Assembly (NCBI GenBank): GCA_038733315.1
Contig: JAVYPJ010000001.1
Span: forward strand, 146,770-210,769
Origin: Candidatus Aenigmatarchaeota archaeon
GTDB lineage: Archaea; Aenigmatarchaeota; Aenigmatarchaeia; CG10238-14; SpSt-28
Reading direction: 5' to 3'
Length of the DNA: 64,000 nucleotides
This document shows, one piece after another, positions 20,080-30,954 of this stretch. The translations under genes were made by a program, and so were the position numbers. Position 1 is the stretch's first letter, and each line of letters begins with the position of its first letter. The notes under the pieces were generated by a model. The model worked only from the letters and a program-made list of their open reading frames with translations. It made no database searches and had not been told where the DNA came from.

Positions 20080-21342
20080 TATATTTGCAAATTGTTTATT
20101 TTGCATTAACTTTCCATAATTTTTCATTAACTTCTGAATTTTTTTGTACATAGAAATTAATTCTCTAACATCCTGCTCACTAGTTCCACTCCCCATAGCA
20201 ATTCTTTTTATTCTACTTTCATTAATAATTTCTGGATTTCTTCTTTCGTCCTTTGTCATGCTCTGAATTATATATTTCCATTTTCTCATTTTTTCTTCTT
20301 GCATCTCGAAAAGGTCTTCTGGGACAGAAATTCCTAGAAATGGTATATACTTGGCTATCGAAGCTAAGGATCCTAAACTTTGAATTGTTTGAATTTGTTT
20401 CAAAAATTCTTCAAAATTAAATTCTTCTATTTCAATTTTATCTTTAAGTTCTGATTTTATTTTTTGGAGAAGGGAATTCAAATCACCTAAGCCTAACATT
20501 CTTGAGACAAAAGATTTTGGATCATATTCTTCTATCGCATCTATTTTTTCTCCATAAGTTATGAATTTAACTTTTGCCTTGGTTACACTACATGCGTTAA
20601 GCGCACCACCAGCTTTCGCTGTACTATCTACTTTTGTAACTATTATTCCAGTAATTCCTACCAAATTATTAAATTCTTCTGCTTGTTTTTTTGCCACTTT
20701 TCCAATTTCAGCCGGTATTACTAAAAAAACTTCGTTTGGCTTAATAATTTCACCAAGAGTTTTTAATTCCTTTGCTAAATCTTTATCTAATGCATCTCTA
20801 CCAGCTGTATCGTAAATTATTATATCATATTTTTTAAATTCTAAACTTTTTTTTGCTGTATCATACAAATTTTTTTCAACAAAAAAATCTACGTGTATAT
20901 TTTCTGCTAATTGTTTTAGTTGATCTATCGCAGCTGGCCTATGAAAATCTAAAGAGACTAATAAAACCCTTAAACCCTTTTTCTGATAGTATCTAGCCAG
21001 TTTAGCAGCTGTCGTAGTTTTTCCACTACCATATAAACCAACTAACATTATCTTCCCCTTGTTTATAGTTATAGCTTTTTCTTTACCTAGAATTTCAACA
21101 AGCTTATCATAAAGAATTTTTATTATAAACTCTCTGTATGATAAATTTGCCGGTATTTCTCCTTTTTTTATTTCGTTTTTTATCTCAGATAAAATCTTAT
21201 TTACAATAGAAATGTCTACATCGCTTTCCAATAAAATAACCTTAAACTCGTTCAAAATTTCATTTATTGTTCTTTCATCAAGTTTTGATGAATAAATTTT
21301 TCTAACTATATTTTCGATTTTCTTAGCTAAGGATCCGAACAT
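20053..21342 (-). CDS. srp54: signal recognition particle protein SRP54
   Basis: GLYGSGKTTT, DTAGR, TKVDSTAKAGG, M domain IIQSMT...SRIKRIAMGSG. Confidence 0.96.
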   Translation of the reverse strand: MFGSLAKKIENIVRKIYSSKLDERTINEILNEFKVILLESDVDISIVNKILSEIKNEIKKGEIPANLSYREFIIKILYDKLVEILGKEKAITINKGKIMLVGLYGSGKTTTAAKLARYYQKKGLRVLLVSLDFHRPAAIDQLKQLAENIHVDFFVEKNLYDTAKKSLEFKKYDIIIYDTAGRDALDKDLAKELKTLGEIIKPNEVFLVIPAEIGKVAKKQAEEFNNLVGITGIIVTKVDSTAKAGGALNACSVTKAKVKFITYGEKIDAIEEYDPKSFVSRMLGLGDLNSLLQKIKSELKDKIEIEEFNFEEFLKQIQTIQSLGSLASIAKYIPFLGISVPEDLFEMQEEKMRKWKYIIQSMTKDERRNPEIINESRIKRIAMGSGTSEQDVRELISMYKKIQKLMKNYGKLMQNKQFANILRRFGIGS

Positions 21343-21369
21343 AAATATTTATCTTTTTCTAAATTATTT

Positions 21370-21493
21370 GTGGGTGGCGACCAAAGCGACCAGGAACCAC
21401 CCGTTCCCATACCGAACACGGAAGTGAAACTGGTCAGCGTACTCTTGAGTACTGCTGCGTGAGCAGCGGGAAAGAGAGTGCGTCGCCGCCCAC
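21370..21493 (+). rRNA. rrf: 5S rRNA (stand-alone)
   Basis: GC-rich ~124 nt; terminal helix GTGGGTGGCGAC/GTCGCCGCCCAC; CCCGTTCCCATACCGAACACGGAAGTGAA loop C; GAGTACT/GGGAA loop E. Confidence 0.95.
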
Positions 21494-21495
21494 TA

Positions 21496-21894
21496 TTATA
21501 TAAATTTAATTATCTTCTCTTTTGGATTTGAAAAATGAAAAAATAAATGAGATTCGCAATTGCAATCACTACAACCAAAATTTGGAATTAAATCGCTACT
21601 TATCTTTTCAATAATTCTAGCTAACTCACACTCTTCTTTTTTTGTTTTGACGACATCTATTATTTTAACATTATTATTAACTAGCAAATAATCGATATGC
21701 CATCTTAAATTACCCTTTTTTTCCTTATTTAGTTTGAAGTATCTTTTCAACCTCTCATCTATTCCTAAATTTTTTCCATTGGCACTACCAACATAAGAAT
21801 AAAACCCCCTTCTAAACTCTATTTCTCCAATCTTTCCTATTTTTAAAACTTGATTGCTCTCCATTTTTAATATTAAAACATAAGAACCTTTCAT
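21496..21894 (-). CDS. DUF123 / GIY-YIG (Uri) family endonuclease
   Basis: KGSYVL, YSYVGSA, RWHIDYLL, FGCSDCNCESHL. Confidence 0.88.
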   Translation of the reverse strand: MKGSYVLILKMESNQVLKIGKIGEIEFRRGFYSYVGSANGKNLGIDERLKRYFKLNKEKKGNLRWHIDYLLVNNNVKIIDVVKTKKEECELARIIEKISSDLIPNFGCSDCNCESHLFFHFSNPKEKIIKFI

Positions 21895-21934
21895 ATTATT
21901 AATAATCTTAAATTTTTTATACTTATATTTATAA

Positions 21935-22007
21935 GCCTCGGTCGTCTAGTGGACTAGGATGCGGGCCTGTCACGCCCGAGACCCGGGTTCGAATCCCGGC
22001 CGAGGCG
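21935..22007 (+). tRNA. tRNA-Asp(GTC)
   Basis: Acceptor GCCTCGG/CCGAGGC, anticodon arm CGGGC-CT-GTC-AC-GCCCG, GGTTCGAATCC. Confidence 0.97.
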
Positions 22008-22053
22008 CGATTTTTAAATTAACCTAAATAAATATTTTTACAGAACTAAAATT

Positions 22054-22290
22054 ATGACAAAAAAAGGAAAAATTAAATTGAATTTGGATACGCTAGAAAA
22101 CGTTATGACTTATACCATAATCTTTTCTGCAATTTTAATAATGATTGGTGTTTTAATCTCTATAGTTAATAAATCTATCGCATTTTGGATTACTTCGTTT
22201 GGCTCTATAATAATTTTCTTTTCTATATTTGGTTTAGTTATAGTAATTTTTTTAAAAGAATTTAGAAAAGACAACAAACAAAATAAATAG
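22054..22290 (+). CDS. small two-TM hypothetical protein
   Basis: 78 aa, two hydrophobic helices. Confidence 0.65.
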   Translation: MTKKGKIKLNLDTLENVMTYTIIFSAILIMIGVLISIVNKSIAFWITSFGSIIIFFSIFGLVIVIFLKEFRKDNKQNK

Positions 22291-22307
22291 TTTATTATTG
22301 AAATATT

Positions 22308-22712
22308 ATGAAATTTAAACCCAAATATTCAAAAGAAGAAATAGAAAAATTAGTTGTAAAGCTAGCGAAAGAAGGTTATAAACCTTCGATGATTGGACTA
22401 ATTTTAAGGGATTCCTTTGGAATATTTAGTGTTAAAGAGATTACTGGTAAAAACATCTTAAAGATTTTAGAAGAAAATGAAATAAAATTAGAAATACCAG
22501 AAGATTTGTTAAATTTAATGAAAAAAGCTGTAAAGCTAAGAGAGCATTTATCAATACATAAAAAAGATGAACACTCCAGAAGAGGGTTAATTTTAATAGA
22601 ATCTAAAATAAAAAGGTTAGAAGAGTATTATAAAAGGGTTGGTAAACTTCCTTTTGACTGGAAGTACAATCCAGAAAGTGCTAAGATAATAGTTCAAAAG
22701 TATTCAGTTTAA
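22308..22712 (+). CDS. rps15: 30S ribosomal protein uS15
   Basis: [28 protein letters not shown]. Confidence 0.96.
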   Translation: MKFKPKYSKEEIEKLVVKLAKEGYKPSMIGLILRDSFGIFSVKEITGKNILKILEENEIKLEIPEDLLNLMKKAVKLREHLSIHKKDEHSRRGLILIESKIKRLEEYYKRVGKLPFDWKYNPESAKIIVQKYSV

Positions 22713-22714
22713 AA

Positions 22715-23275
22715 ATGAAGGAGAAAAAACAGCTATTTAAAGTTAAACTATTAGCAAGCGAAGAATTCGGAAATAAAGAAATTACTGAAACCCTTTGTAG
22801 CGAATATTCGTACTTAATAAACAGAAGGTTTTATCTAAACTTATCAGAATTGTTAGATACAAATAGATATCAATATAAAATTTGGTTTAGAATTTTTAAA
22901 ATTGAAAACGGAATTGCATATTCTAGATTTGATGGAGTAGAAACTCTAAGAGAGCATATATACAATGCAATATATCCGGGAGTAAAAACTATAAGAATTT
23001 ATACAAACGTTACCACAAAAGATGGTTGTCTATTGAGAGTTAAATACATTCTTACTTTTAGAAAACTAAACTCTAAGAAAGAGTCGAGTATTAGAAAAAT
23101 TGTTGAAGAAAATACAAAAAAAATTCTTTCAGAAATGACTATAAAAGATATTATAAATAATTTAATTTTAAAAAACACTGTAATAAAGAAAATTGAAAAG
23201 GAAGTAAAAAAAATTAATATACCTTTATTTTTAGAAATTATAAAGATAGAAAGAAAAGATAAAATACCATCTTAA
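22715..23275 (+). CDS. rps3ae: 30S ribosomal protein eS1 (S3Ae), divergent
   Basis: LINRR...LSEL, KIWFRI, VTTKDG..LRV; follows uS15. Confidence 0.8.
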   Translation: MKEKKQLFKVKLLASEEFGNKEITETLCSEYSYLINRRFYLNLSELLDTNRYQYKIWFRIFKIENGIAYSRFDGVETLREHIYNAIYPGVKTIRIYTNVTTKDGCLLRVKYILTFRKLNSKKESSIRKIVEENTKKILSEMTIKDIINNLILKNTVIKKIEKEVKKINIPLFLEIIKIERKDKIPS

Positions 23276-24381
23276 AATTTAAATATACTTTTTAAGATTA
23301 AAAGAAGTAAGAGAAGTATTGTAAATGTGGATAAGAACTTAAAAACTACTTCTCCTTTTTTCCCAAATTTTTCCTCTAATAAATCATAGAAAAATAGTCC
23401 GCCATCTAATGGTTTAATGGGTAATAAGTTAAACATTCCTATACCTATATTTAAAAAGAATAGCCAAAATAAAAATTCTCTTAAGGTTAATAAAACAGGT
23501 AAAAAAACTTCTCTATTTGCTTGAGTAAATTCATTCTTAGGATAGTATGCATTTTTGATAAATCTAATTTTAATACTTTCATTTATAGTTATGTCAAACG
23601 AACTGTTTATAGTTTGAATAGTAACATTCTGTGTTTTATTTTCTCTTATTCTTTTCATGACAATAGCAAGCTCAGTTATATCATCTACTTTTTCATTATT
23701 TATTTTTAATATTGTAAGTGTTGTATTTTTTCCGCTAGATTCATCTAAAATTTCAACCTCTACTCCACCAAAGTTTAAAAATATTATATTAGCTATTATA
23801 ATGAGTAAAAGTAATGCTAAAATGCCTACAATAAAATTTGCAAAAGAGCCAGCTGCATATATTTTTAATCTTTTGATTAATTCTATTTTCTTTAATTTTT
23901 TTTCATCTAATTCAACAAAAAAAGCAGGTAAAACTAATAAAAAAGCATATCCCATAGATTTTATCCTCAGATTACTTATCCTAGCTAAAAACGCATGAGC
24001 TAATTCGTGAGAAATCGCTATAATAGGTATTATAATAAACCAAAAACAAGCAGGAACACAAAGAACAAAAGAAGAATTGCATAACATCGGAAGCGATGGT
24101 AATACTACCTGTACTGGAGCTATCTTAGGCGGTTTAAATAATTCTATCAAAGAAAAATAAAAAAACAGAGCAAAAGAAACGTATACAGAAATTATTGCGA
24201 GAACTCCAAAAATGTTAAAAAACTTTGAAAATCTTAAAGAAATCCCTTCGATTTTTTTATTAAAATTTTTTGTTTTTCTTAAAAGTAGAGGGCCATGAAT
24301 TTCAATGTTTTTTCTATCTAAAAATAAAAATATTCCTATACTAAATATTATAACAAGCCCTATTATACTATCTAAATCCAT
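23272..24381 (-). CDS. site-2 protease (M50 family)
   Basis: HELAH zinc motif, AAGSFAN, FNLLPIKPLDGG. Confidence 0.93.
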   Translation of the reverse strand: MDLDSIIGLVIIFSIGIFLFLDRKNIEIHGPLLLRKTKNFNKKIEGISLRFSKFFNIFGVLAIISVYVSFALFFYFSLIELFKPPKIAPVQVVLPSLPMLCNSSFVLCVPACFWFIIIPIIAISHELAHAFLARISNLRIKSMGYAFLLVLPAFFVELDEKKLKKIELIKRLKIYAAGSFANFIVGILALLLLIIIANIIFLNFGGVEVEILDESSGKNTTLTILKINNEKVDDITELAIVMKRIRENKTQNVTIQTINSSFDITINESIKIRFIKNAYYPKNEFTQANREVFLPVLLTLREFLFWLFFLNIGIGMFNLLPIKPLDGGLFFYDLLEEKFGKKGEVVFKFLSTFTILLLLLLILKSIFKF

Positions 24382-24413
24382 AAAGTTTCATTAACTAATA
24401 TTTTTATTTATAT

Positions 24414-24531
24414 GCGGGGGTCGCCTAGCCTGGTCAATGGCGGCGGGCTCAAGAGAAATTGAGCTTTGATAGCTAATGATAAGAAACCCGCTGGCTTAGT
24501 GCCGTCGTGGGTTCAAATCCCACCCCCCGCA
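24414..24531 (+). tRNA. tRNA-Leu(CAA) with 32-nt intron at 37/38 (24454-24485)
   Basis: Acceptor GCGGGGG/CCCCCGC, anticodon stem GCGGG/CCCGC, long variable arm, GGTTCAAATCC. Confidence 0.92.
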
Positions 24532-24582
24532 ATATTTTTGCTGCAGTAAAAATATATTCTTTTTTCTTATTTATAATATTCC

Positions 24583-25323
24583 ATGAAAATGAACATAGCT
24601 AAAAATATGATAGTTTTAATTGTTATAATAACTCTTCTTTCGATAGCAAAATTTTTGCTTAATTTATATTCCCTAGAAGTTTTTGAGTTCCAATCTGCCA
24701 TAATGGCAATAATTTCTGGATCCATTTTTCTAATAGGTATAATATATGCTGCTGTTTTCTCTGATTATAAAGAGAGTGAAAGGATATTAGTAGATTTGTC
24801 CATATCTATTAAAAACATCATAAGAGAAGGGAACTTTATCAAAAGATATGATGAAAAGCTATCTAAAAATATTAAGAAAATAATGAAAACTCTCTATACG
24901 CATATAATGGATTACTTAAACGGACAAAAAAACTATAACAAAATTATTGAAGATATTAACCAAATTAATGAAAAAATTAATGAGTCCGATATAGATAAAA
25001 TACCAAACGCTTATATAACTAGATTAAAGAATGAATTATCAAACATTGAAAAATATATAGATAGAATTAAAATGATAGCAGAAACTGAATTTGTTCCAAT
25101 AGTTTTATATCTTTCTTTATCTTTGATTACAATATCTACAATAACTATTGTTCTATCTGATTTAAAAAATATTTATGTTGAGATTTTTTTCGTTATAGCA
25201 TATTCATCGATTTGTTATGGTATGGTTTTTGTGACTAGAGATATGGAAAATCCATTTAAAGGAGTTGTAAAAATTTCCCTAGAACATATAAAGGATTTGA
25301 AAAATTTTATTGACTCTTCTTAA
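24583..25323 (+). CDS. multi-TM membrane protein (DUF4239/bestrophin-like layout)
   Basis: 2 TM + soluble helical region + 2 TM ending DMENPF. Confidence 0.6.
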   Translation: MKMNIAKNMIVLIVIITLLSIAKFLLNLYSLEVFEFQSAIMAIISGSIFLIGIIYAAVFSDYKESERILVDLSISIKNIIREGNFIKRYDEKLSKNIKKIMKTLYTHIMDYLNGQKNYNKIIEDINQINEKINESDIDKIPNAYITRLKNELSNIEKYIDRIKMIAETEFVPIVLYLSLSLITISTITIVLSDLKNIYVEIFFVIAYSSICYGMVFVTRDMENPFKGVVKISLEHIKDLKNFIDSS

Positions 25324-26338
25324 ACATTTCCGTTTTTATCGTTTTTCTTATTTCCTCTATAAAATCACAAACCTCCTTTACATGACAGTATGGACAAACA
25401 ACCTTTCTAAAATTTGGAAGATTACTCATTTGTGGAATTCTACCATAAGCTAAAACTTTCTTAACGCTTCTTAACAAATTTTGGACCATTCTTTTATCTT
25501 CTTCGCCTATTCTAATTCTATACATTTTTCTATTATTCAAGCTTAATAAAATAACTTCATTTATTTCTCTTCTAAAGAAACTCTCCACTACAAAAACCTC
25601 TCCAGCAAGTTGTATTTTCAATCCTTTTTTTATCTTTTTTACATTTGTTTTAATTTCGATGGGTAATATTTTTCCATCCTTAGTTATTACTATCATATCT
25701 GGAGTGCCCACCACACCATGTTTTATTGAAATTAAAAATGGTTCTGAAAATACATATCTCAAATTCAATTTTTTAAGTAAGTTATTTAAAGAAAATAAAA
25801 CCTTGGTTATTTCATCTTTGTTCATCTTTGTTTTACCTCTATATTCTTTCAGAACATCTTCACTTACAAGAGATATTAAAGTTTCTAAATTATCTATATA
25901 CCTATTATAATTTTTTATAAAATTACATATAGATTTATGTAGAACTTCCCCTTCAAAACTTTTTTCTGATTTCTTTTGTTTAGAATGTGTAACCTTTTCT
26001 AGGAAAAATCTTCTTTGACATTGAAAAAATTTTGAAATTTCTAGAGGAGTTAAAAATACTTTTCTTGAAAGATTTTCAACTCTTTTTTTTAAATATTCTA
26101 GCAATTCGTTTATATATTCCTTAGAGAATTTTTCTGATTTATGAATTTCGTTGTTTATTGAAGATATTTTTTCGTCCTTAGACAATTTTTGTAGTAAAAG
26201 AAAGAGTATATCTGTTATATAAATTTCGTTATTCAAAAAATTTAAAATTATATCGTCTATTGTTTTTTTACCGACAAAATCGATTTGTTCTATAGATTTT
26301 AACAAAACCTCGTCACTTATATCTATTTTTAATTTCAT
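25307..26338 (-). CDS. solo Cas4/Dna2-like PD-(D/E)xK nuclease with Fe-S cysteines
   Basis: FFQCQRR, GEVLH, GTPD...PIEIKT, QLAGE, CPYCHVKEVC; no CRISPR or other cas genes in the window. Confidence 0.82.
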   Translation of the reverse strand: MKLKIDISDEVLLKSIEQIDFVGKKTIDDIILNFLNNEIYITDILFLLLQKLSKDEKISSINNEIHKSEKFSKEYINELLEYLKKRVENLSRKVFLTPLEISKFFQCQRRFFLEKVTHSKQKKSEKSFEGEVLHKSICNFIKNYNRYIDNLETLISLVSEDVLKEYRGKTKMNKDEITKVLFSLNNLLKKLNLRYVFSEPFLISIKHGVVGTPDMIVITKDGKILPIEIKTNVKKIKKGLKIQLAGEVFVVESFFRREINEVILLSLNNRKMYRIRIGEEDKRMVQNLLRSVKKVLAYGRIPQMSNLPNFRKVVCPYCHVKEVCDFIEEIRKTIKTEMFKKSQ

Positions 26339-26489
26339 GTCTCAACCACTTATTTTTCTTTAATGATCTATTCATCATAAAATATTTTTCACATTTTGAA
26401 GAACAAAAAAAATAAATTTTTCCTGAAGACGTTACGTATAGTTTTCCAGTACCTTTTTTTAATTCAATGTTACAAAAACTACACTTCAT
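26313..26489 (-). CDS. rpl24e: 50S ribosomal protein eL24 (not in ORF track)
   Basis: MKCSFCNIELKKGTGKLYVTSSGKIYFFCSSKCEK; L7Ae-S28e-L24e order. Confidence 0.93.
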   Translation of the reverse strand: MKCSFCNIELKKGTGKLYVTSSGKIYFFCSSKCEKYFMMNRSLKKNKWLRHEIKNRYK

Positions 26490-26692
26490 CTTTCTTCTAT
26501 TTTCTCTTCAGATTCCATTTCAACTTCTTTCAATAATATAATGTCACCAATTCTTATTGGTCCACTAACATTTCTAACAATTATAGAACCCTTTTCTTTA
26601 CCTTCTAAAACCTTACATTTTACTTGAGTTACCCCTTTAGAGCTTGCTCTTCCAATAATTTCAATAACCTCCGCTGCATATACTTCAACCAT
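26486..26692 (-). CDS. rps28e: 30S ribosomal protein eS28
   Basis: AEVIEIIGR, VTQVKCKVL, RNVSGPIRIGD. Confidence 0.95.
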   Translation of the reverse strand: MVEVYAAEVIEIIGRASSKGVTQVKCKVLEGKEKGSIIVRNVSGPIRIGDIILLKEVEMESEEKIEER

Positions 26693-26700
26693 TTAAATAA

Positions 26701-27078
26701 CTAAACGTTTTGAGTTGTATTAGATTTAATCCAAGAAATTATTTCATCTAATAGCTTCTTTCCTTCTCCAACATCAATTACACATACACTCGCCGCAGAA
26801 ACTTGAATACCGCTTACTCTTCCGAGATCTTCCTTACTTTTAACATATATATATGGCGTTTTTTTCTCCTCACATAATAATGGTAAATGAGCTACAATTT
26901 CTTCTGGATCCACATTCATAGCAATCAGAACTAATTTTGCTTGACCCCTCTCTACTGATTTAGTCACTTCATTTGTCCCTTTCTTAATCTTTCCGGAAGT
27001 TCTTGCAATCTCTACTAATTTTAGTGCTTTTTCTTGAATTTCTTCCGGTACTTCGAATTTTACGTATTTTGGAGCCAT
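26701..27078 (-). CDS. rpl7ae: ribosomal / K-turn-binding protein L7Ae
   Basis: [27 protein letters not shown]; start at MAPKYVKF. Confidence 0.96.
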   Translation of the reverse strand: MAPKYVKFEVPEEIQEKALKLVEIARTSGKIKKGTNEVTKSVERGQAKLVLIAMNVDPEEIVAHLPLLCEEKKTPYIYVKSKEDLGRVSGIQVSAASVCVIDVGEGKKLLDEIISWIKSNTTQNV

Positions 27079-27115
27079 AGAAAATATAAAATACAAAAAA
27101 TATTTATATTAATTT

Positions 27116-27676
27116 CTATCTATTAGAATTAAAACAAGAGGATGTTGAGAGTATATTATCAATTATATTAGATAATGTTGTTTGATTCATTAAATTCCTA
27201 CATTTCCAACTATCGCTATTCAATCTTTGAACAATTCCATTGGCATTTTCGCTAACAGAGCCATTAATAATACTGTATTCATAGAAACCGTTCTTACTTC
27301 TAACTCTAAATATTGAGTTATCTAAGCTGTCTATTTTTTCACAAGACACTTCACTTGTTTCTATATAACTTCTTGTTGTACTTTCCTTAGTTTCGAATAA
27401 GTATGTTATGTTAGGTAGCTTGTATAAAATCTTTACATAATTTGAGGATACAATTAACTCTATTTCAGACCCTGGATTCAATATCTTTTCAACACAATGA
27501 GTAGAATTTAATATTTTAAAATAGTTGCCTGGCTCTGTATAACTAGAATTTGTAAAAGTAGGTAATAGTTGCGAATTTAAGAAGTTTCCAAAATTATCCC
27601 TGGCAGAAAAATAAATACTAGAGAATGTTAAACCCCCAAAGATTAAATAAAAGATTATGTCCTTTAATGATAGCAT
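27116..27676 (-). CDS. hypothetical exported protein
   Basis: N-terminal hydrophobic segment, several NxS/T sequons. Confidence 0.6.
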   Translation of the reverse strand: MLSLKDIIFYLIFGGLTFSSIYFSARDNFGNFLNSQLLPTFTNSSYTEPGNYFKILNSTHCVEKILNPGSEIELIVSSNYVKILYKLPNITYLFETKESTTRSYIETSEVSCEKIDSLDNSIFRVRSKNGFYEYSIINGSVSENANGIVQRLNSDSWKCRNLMNQTTLSNIIDNILSTSSCFNSNR

Positions 27677-27735
27677 ACTTTATGATTCATATAATTTATG
27701 AATATTTATAAATTTCTACAAAAAACTATACATTT

Positions 27736-27951
27736 ATGAAAAAAATTTTTAGTGATAATTATTTTAAAAGAGTTGCAAAAGAATTAAAAATAGAAAGAAT
27801 TTCGAAAGAAGCTGTAGAGACTATTAGAGAAATTTTACAAGAAGAAGTTTCCGAAATATTAAGAGTTTCTAACGAAATTGCAAAACATTCTAAAAGAAAT
27901 ACTATATTCAAAGATGATATAAAAATCGCTATTAAAAAACTTAATTTCTGA
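27736..27951 (+). CDS. archaeal histone (HMf-like fold)
   Basis: ERISKEA, AKHSKRNTIFKDDI histone-fold motif, 71 aa. Confidence 0.88.
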   Translation: MKKIFSDNYFKRVAKELKIERISKEAVETIREILQEEVSEILRVSNEIAKHSKRNTIFKDDIKIAIKKLNF

Positions 27952-27957
27952 TATTTT

Positions 27958-29007
27958 ATGAAAATTTTATTAGTATCGCCAGAATTTTTAATAAAAGAAA
28001 CTAAGGGTTTAGCGAGATATGGCTATGAAATATATTCGAGAATTAATAAAATTTACGATGTAGAGGTTGTATTTAGAAAAAAATTTCATATGGGTTTTTT
28101 AGGGTTTGTTTTTTCCCTTTTATATTCAAATATTTTAGTTTTAATAAAAGGAAGGAAATTTAATGTAATACATGCACTATCTCCTGAATTGGCTATATTA
28201 GCAGCAATATTTTATAGAAAGAAGCTTGTTGTTACTTTCCATGACCTCTTTCCTATAATATATTGGAAAAAATTAAGATATAAGATTGGTATTTTAACGT
28301 CTTTTCTTTCATTTATAGTTTGGAAAATTGCGTCAAGAGCTAAAATAATAGTAGCTGTTTCTTCATTAACCAAGCAGCAAATCGAAAAAAAACTGAAAAG
28401 AACGAATGTAAGAATAATATTAGAGGGTATAGATGAAAAAATAAAGCAGAAAAAACCTAAAAATAAATATTTGACACTATGTTTTGTAGGAGGGTATTCC
28501 TATAGAAAAAGAGTTGATATAGCAATAAAATTATTTGAAATTATTAGAAAAAAAGAAAAGGATTGCAAACTAATAATCGTTGGTGGAAGAAAAAAATCTA
28601 TATATGAATCAAACTTTTCTGTACCGAAGGATTTAAATAAAGATATAATTTTTTTAGAGAAAGCAAGCGATGAAAAATTAATAGATGTTTATAGTGAATC
28701 TCACTTTATAATAATATCTTCTGTAGTAGAAGGTTTTTGCTTACCTATTATAGAAGCTTTAAAGTGTAACACTATACCTATTACCTTTGAATTTTCTGAA
28801 ATACCGAAAGAAACTAAAGAATTATGTATAGTATGTAAAGATGTTAGAGATGCTTGTGAAAAAATCATAGACTTTTGGAAAAATAATTATAAAATGTGGC
28901 AATTTTTAAAGAAAGTTAATAAAAAAATTAAAAAATTTGATTGGAATAAAACCGTTAAAGAGTATATTAAGTTATATAAAGAAATTGCCAATTATGGGGA
29001 AAGTTGA
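27958..29007 (+). CDS. GT4 family glycosyltransferase
   Basis: TFHDL, SSVVEGFCLPIIEA (EX7E), FDWNKT. Confidence 0.9.
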   Translation: MKILLVSPEFLIKETKGLARYGYEIYSRINKIYDVEVVFRKKFHMGFLGFVFSLLYSNILVLIKGRKFNVIHALSPELAILAAIFYRKKLVVTFHDLFPIIYWKKLRYKIGILTSFLSFIVWKIASRAKIIVAVSSLTKQQIEKKLKRTNVRIILEGIDEKIKQKKPKNKYLTLCFVGGYSYRKRVDIAIKLFEIIRKKEKDCKLIIVGGRKKSIYESNFSVPKDLNKDIIFLEKASDEKLIDVYSESHFIIISSVVEGFCLPIIEALKCNTIPITFEFSEIPKETKELCIVCKDVRDACEKIIDFWKNNYKMWQFLKKVNKKIKKFDWNKTVKEYIKLYKEIANYGES

Positions 29008-29995
29008 AGATATTATAAGAGTTATAAAGGAAAAATTTAAAGTTAGTGAAGAAAAAGTAAAAGAAGAAATTAAACAAAAACTTTATGAATTTAGCGGATT
29101 AATTAGTGAAGAGGGTGCAGCAATTTTGGTTGCAAGAGAATATGGAATAGATATAAAAGAGTTAAAATTCTTTACACCATTAAACGAATTGATTGGTGGG
29201 ATGAAAAATGTAAATGTTAGAGTAAAAGTTATTAAAATTTTTCCATTGAAAGAATTTGATAGAAGAGACGGTACAAAAGGTGTCATAAAGATTTTATTGG
29301 TTAGCGACGGTACAGATTTTGCTAGATTAGTTTTTTGGGATGAATTTGCAAAAGAAGCTGAAGAAATGAAAATAAAAATTGGAGATGTGTTAAAAGTTTA
29401 TAACATTAAAACAAGTGAAAATATTTTTGGTGAAATAGATATAGTTATAGATAAAAACAGTAATATAGAATTTGATAGCCAAGATAATTTACCGAGCTTA
29501 GATGAATTGAATGAAAAATTTGTAAAAAATAAGTATAAAAGATTAGATGGAAATTTAGATTCAATAGGTTTTTTTGAAGTGATTGGAATTATTACATATT
29601 TATTTGGTAATAACTTTTTCTTTAAAGTATGTCCAATATGTAATAGCAAGGTTGGAAAGAAAGATGAAAAATATTTTTGTGATATACATGGTGAAATTGA
29701 ACCAAAAAATGCGCTTTTCTTAAGATTTGAATTAAACAATTTTTCTGGAAATTTAAGAGTTGTTTCGTTTAAGGAAACTGCAGAAAAACTTATTGAAATA
29801 GATAAAAGAGATTTAGAAAAAATTGAAAACTTAAAGGAATTTTTATCAAAAATGTTAATAGGTAAAATGATTAAAGTAAGGGGAAGAGCTAGAAAGAATA
29901 AAATATTAAATATAATAGAATTGATTGCTAACGAAATAGATGTTGTTGATTTAAAAGATGAAACTATGTTATTAATTAAAAACTTTGAAAGTTAA
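28994..29995 (+). CDS. rpa: replication protein A (OB folds plus zinc finger)
   Basis: [25 protein letters not shown] fold, CPIC...CDIHG; start at MGKVED. Confidence 0.85.
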   Translation: MGKVEDIIRVIKEKFKVSEEKVKEEIKQKLYEFSGLISEEGAAILVAREYGIDIKELKFFTPLNELIGGMKNVNVRVKVIKIFPLKEFDRRDGTKGVIKILLVSDGTDFARLVFWDEFAKEAEEMKIKIGDVLKVYNIKTSENIFGEIDIVIDKNSNIEFDSQDNLPSLDELNEKFVKNKYKRLDGNLDSIGFFEVIGIITYLFGNNFFFKVCPICNSKVGKKDEKYFCDIHGEIEPKNALFLRFELNNFSGNLRVVSFKETAEKLIEIDKRDLEKIENLKEFLSKMLIGKMIKVRGRARKNKILNIIELIANEIDVVDLKDETMLLIKNFES

Positions 29996-29997
29996 TT

Positions 29998-30954
29998 ATG
30001 GAAGAAGAAAAAATTTCTCTAAAAGATATTAAAGGAATTGGTCCTAAAACTCTCAAGAAATTAGAAGAGTTAAAAATAAATGATCCTATGATAATTGCTA
30101 CAAGTAATCCAAAAGAATTATCTATGATATTAGAAATAAGTGAAGAAAAAGCGTTAGAAATTATAAATAATGTGAGAGAAGCCTTGGGTTTTAAAGTTGA
30201 AACTGCTGATAAGGTTTTAGAGAGAAGGATGAAAATGAAAAAAATAACTACATCTTCTAAAAAATTAGATGAACTCTTAGGTGGCGGAATTCCAACGCAA
30301 GCTATAACAGAAGCTTTCGGTATGTATGGTAGTGGTAAGACTCAATTAGCTTTCCAGTTAGCTATTAATGTACAATTACCTGAAAGTGATGGTGGGTTAG
30401 AAAAAACCTGTTTGTTTATAGATAGTGAGGGTACTTTTAGTCCGGAAAGAATTCTCGAAATAGCAAAAAACAGAGGATTAGATGCTGAAAAAGTATTAAA
30501 AAATATTTATGTTGCAAGAGCTTATAGCAGCGATCATCAAGTTTTATTAATAGAAAAATCTGTTGATTTAATCAAAGAAAAAAACATTGGACTTATTGTA
30601 ATTGATTCTATAACATCTCATTTTAGAGTTGATTATATGGGTAGAGGGGAATTAGCTGAGAGACAACAAAAATTAAATAAACACTTACACCAACTACAAA
30701 GATTAGCAGATGCATTCAATTTAGCAGTATATATAACTAATCAGGTAATGGCAAGGCCAGATATAATTTTTGGTGATCCAACTCAACCTGTTGGTGGCCA
30801 TGTTTTAGCACACATTTCTTTTTATCGACTATATCTTAGAAAATCTAAGCAAAACCTAAGAATTGCCAGATTAGTAGATGCTCCTAATTTACCTGAAAGA
30901 GAAGTTGTATTCCAAATAACAGAAAGAGGTTTGGAAGATTATGAAGAAAAATGA
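29998..30954 (+). CDS. radA: DNA repair and recombination protein RadA
   Basis: HhH N-domain, GMYGSGKTQ Walker [17 protein letters not shown]. Confidence 0.97.
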   Translation: MEEEKISLKDIKGIGPKTLKKLEELKINDPMIIATSNPKELSMILEISEEKALEIINNVREALGFKVETADKVLERRMKMKKITTSSKKLDELLGGGIPTQAITEAFGMYGSGKTQLAFQLAINVQLPESDGGLEKTCLFIDSEGTFSPERILEIAKNRGLDAEKVLKNIYVARAYSSDHQVLLIEKSVDLIKEKNIGLIVIDSITSHFRVDYMGRGELAERQQKLNKHLHQLQRLADAFNLAVYITNQVMARPDIIFGDPTQPVGGHVLAHISFYRLYLRKSKQNLRIARLVDAPNLPEREVVFQITERGLEDYEEK

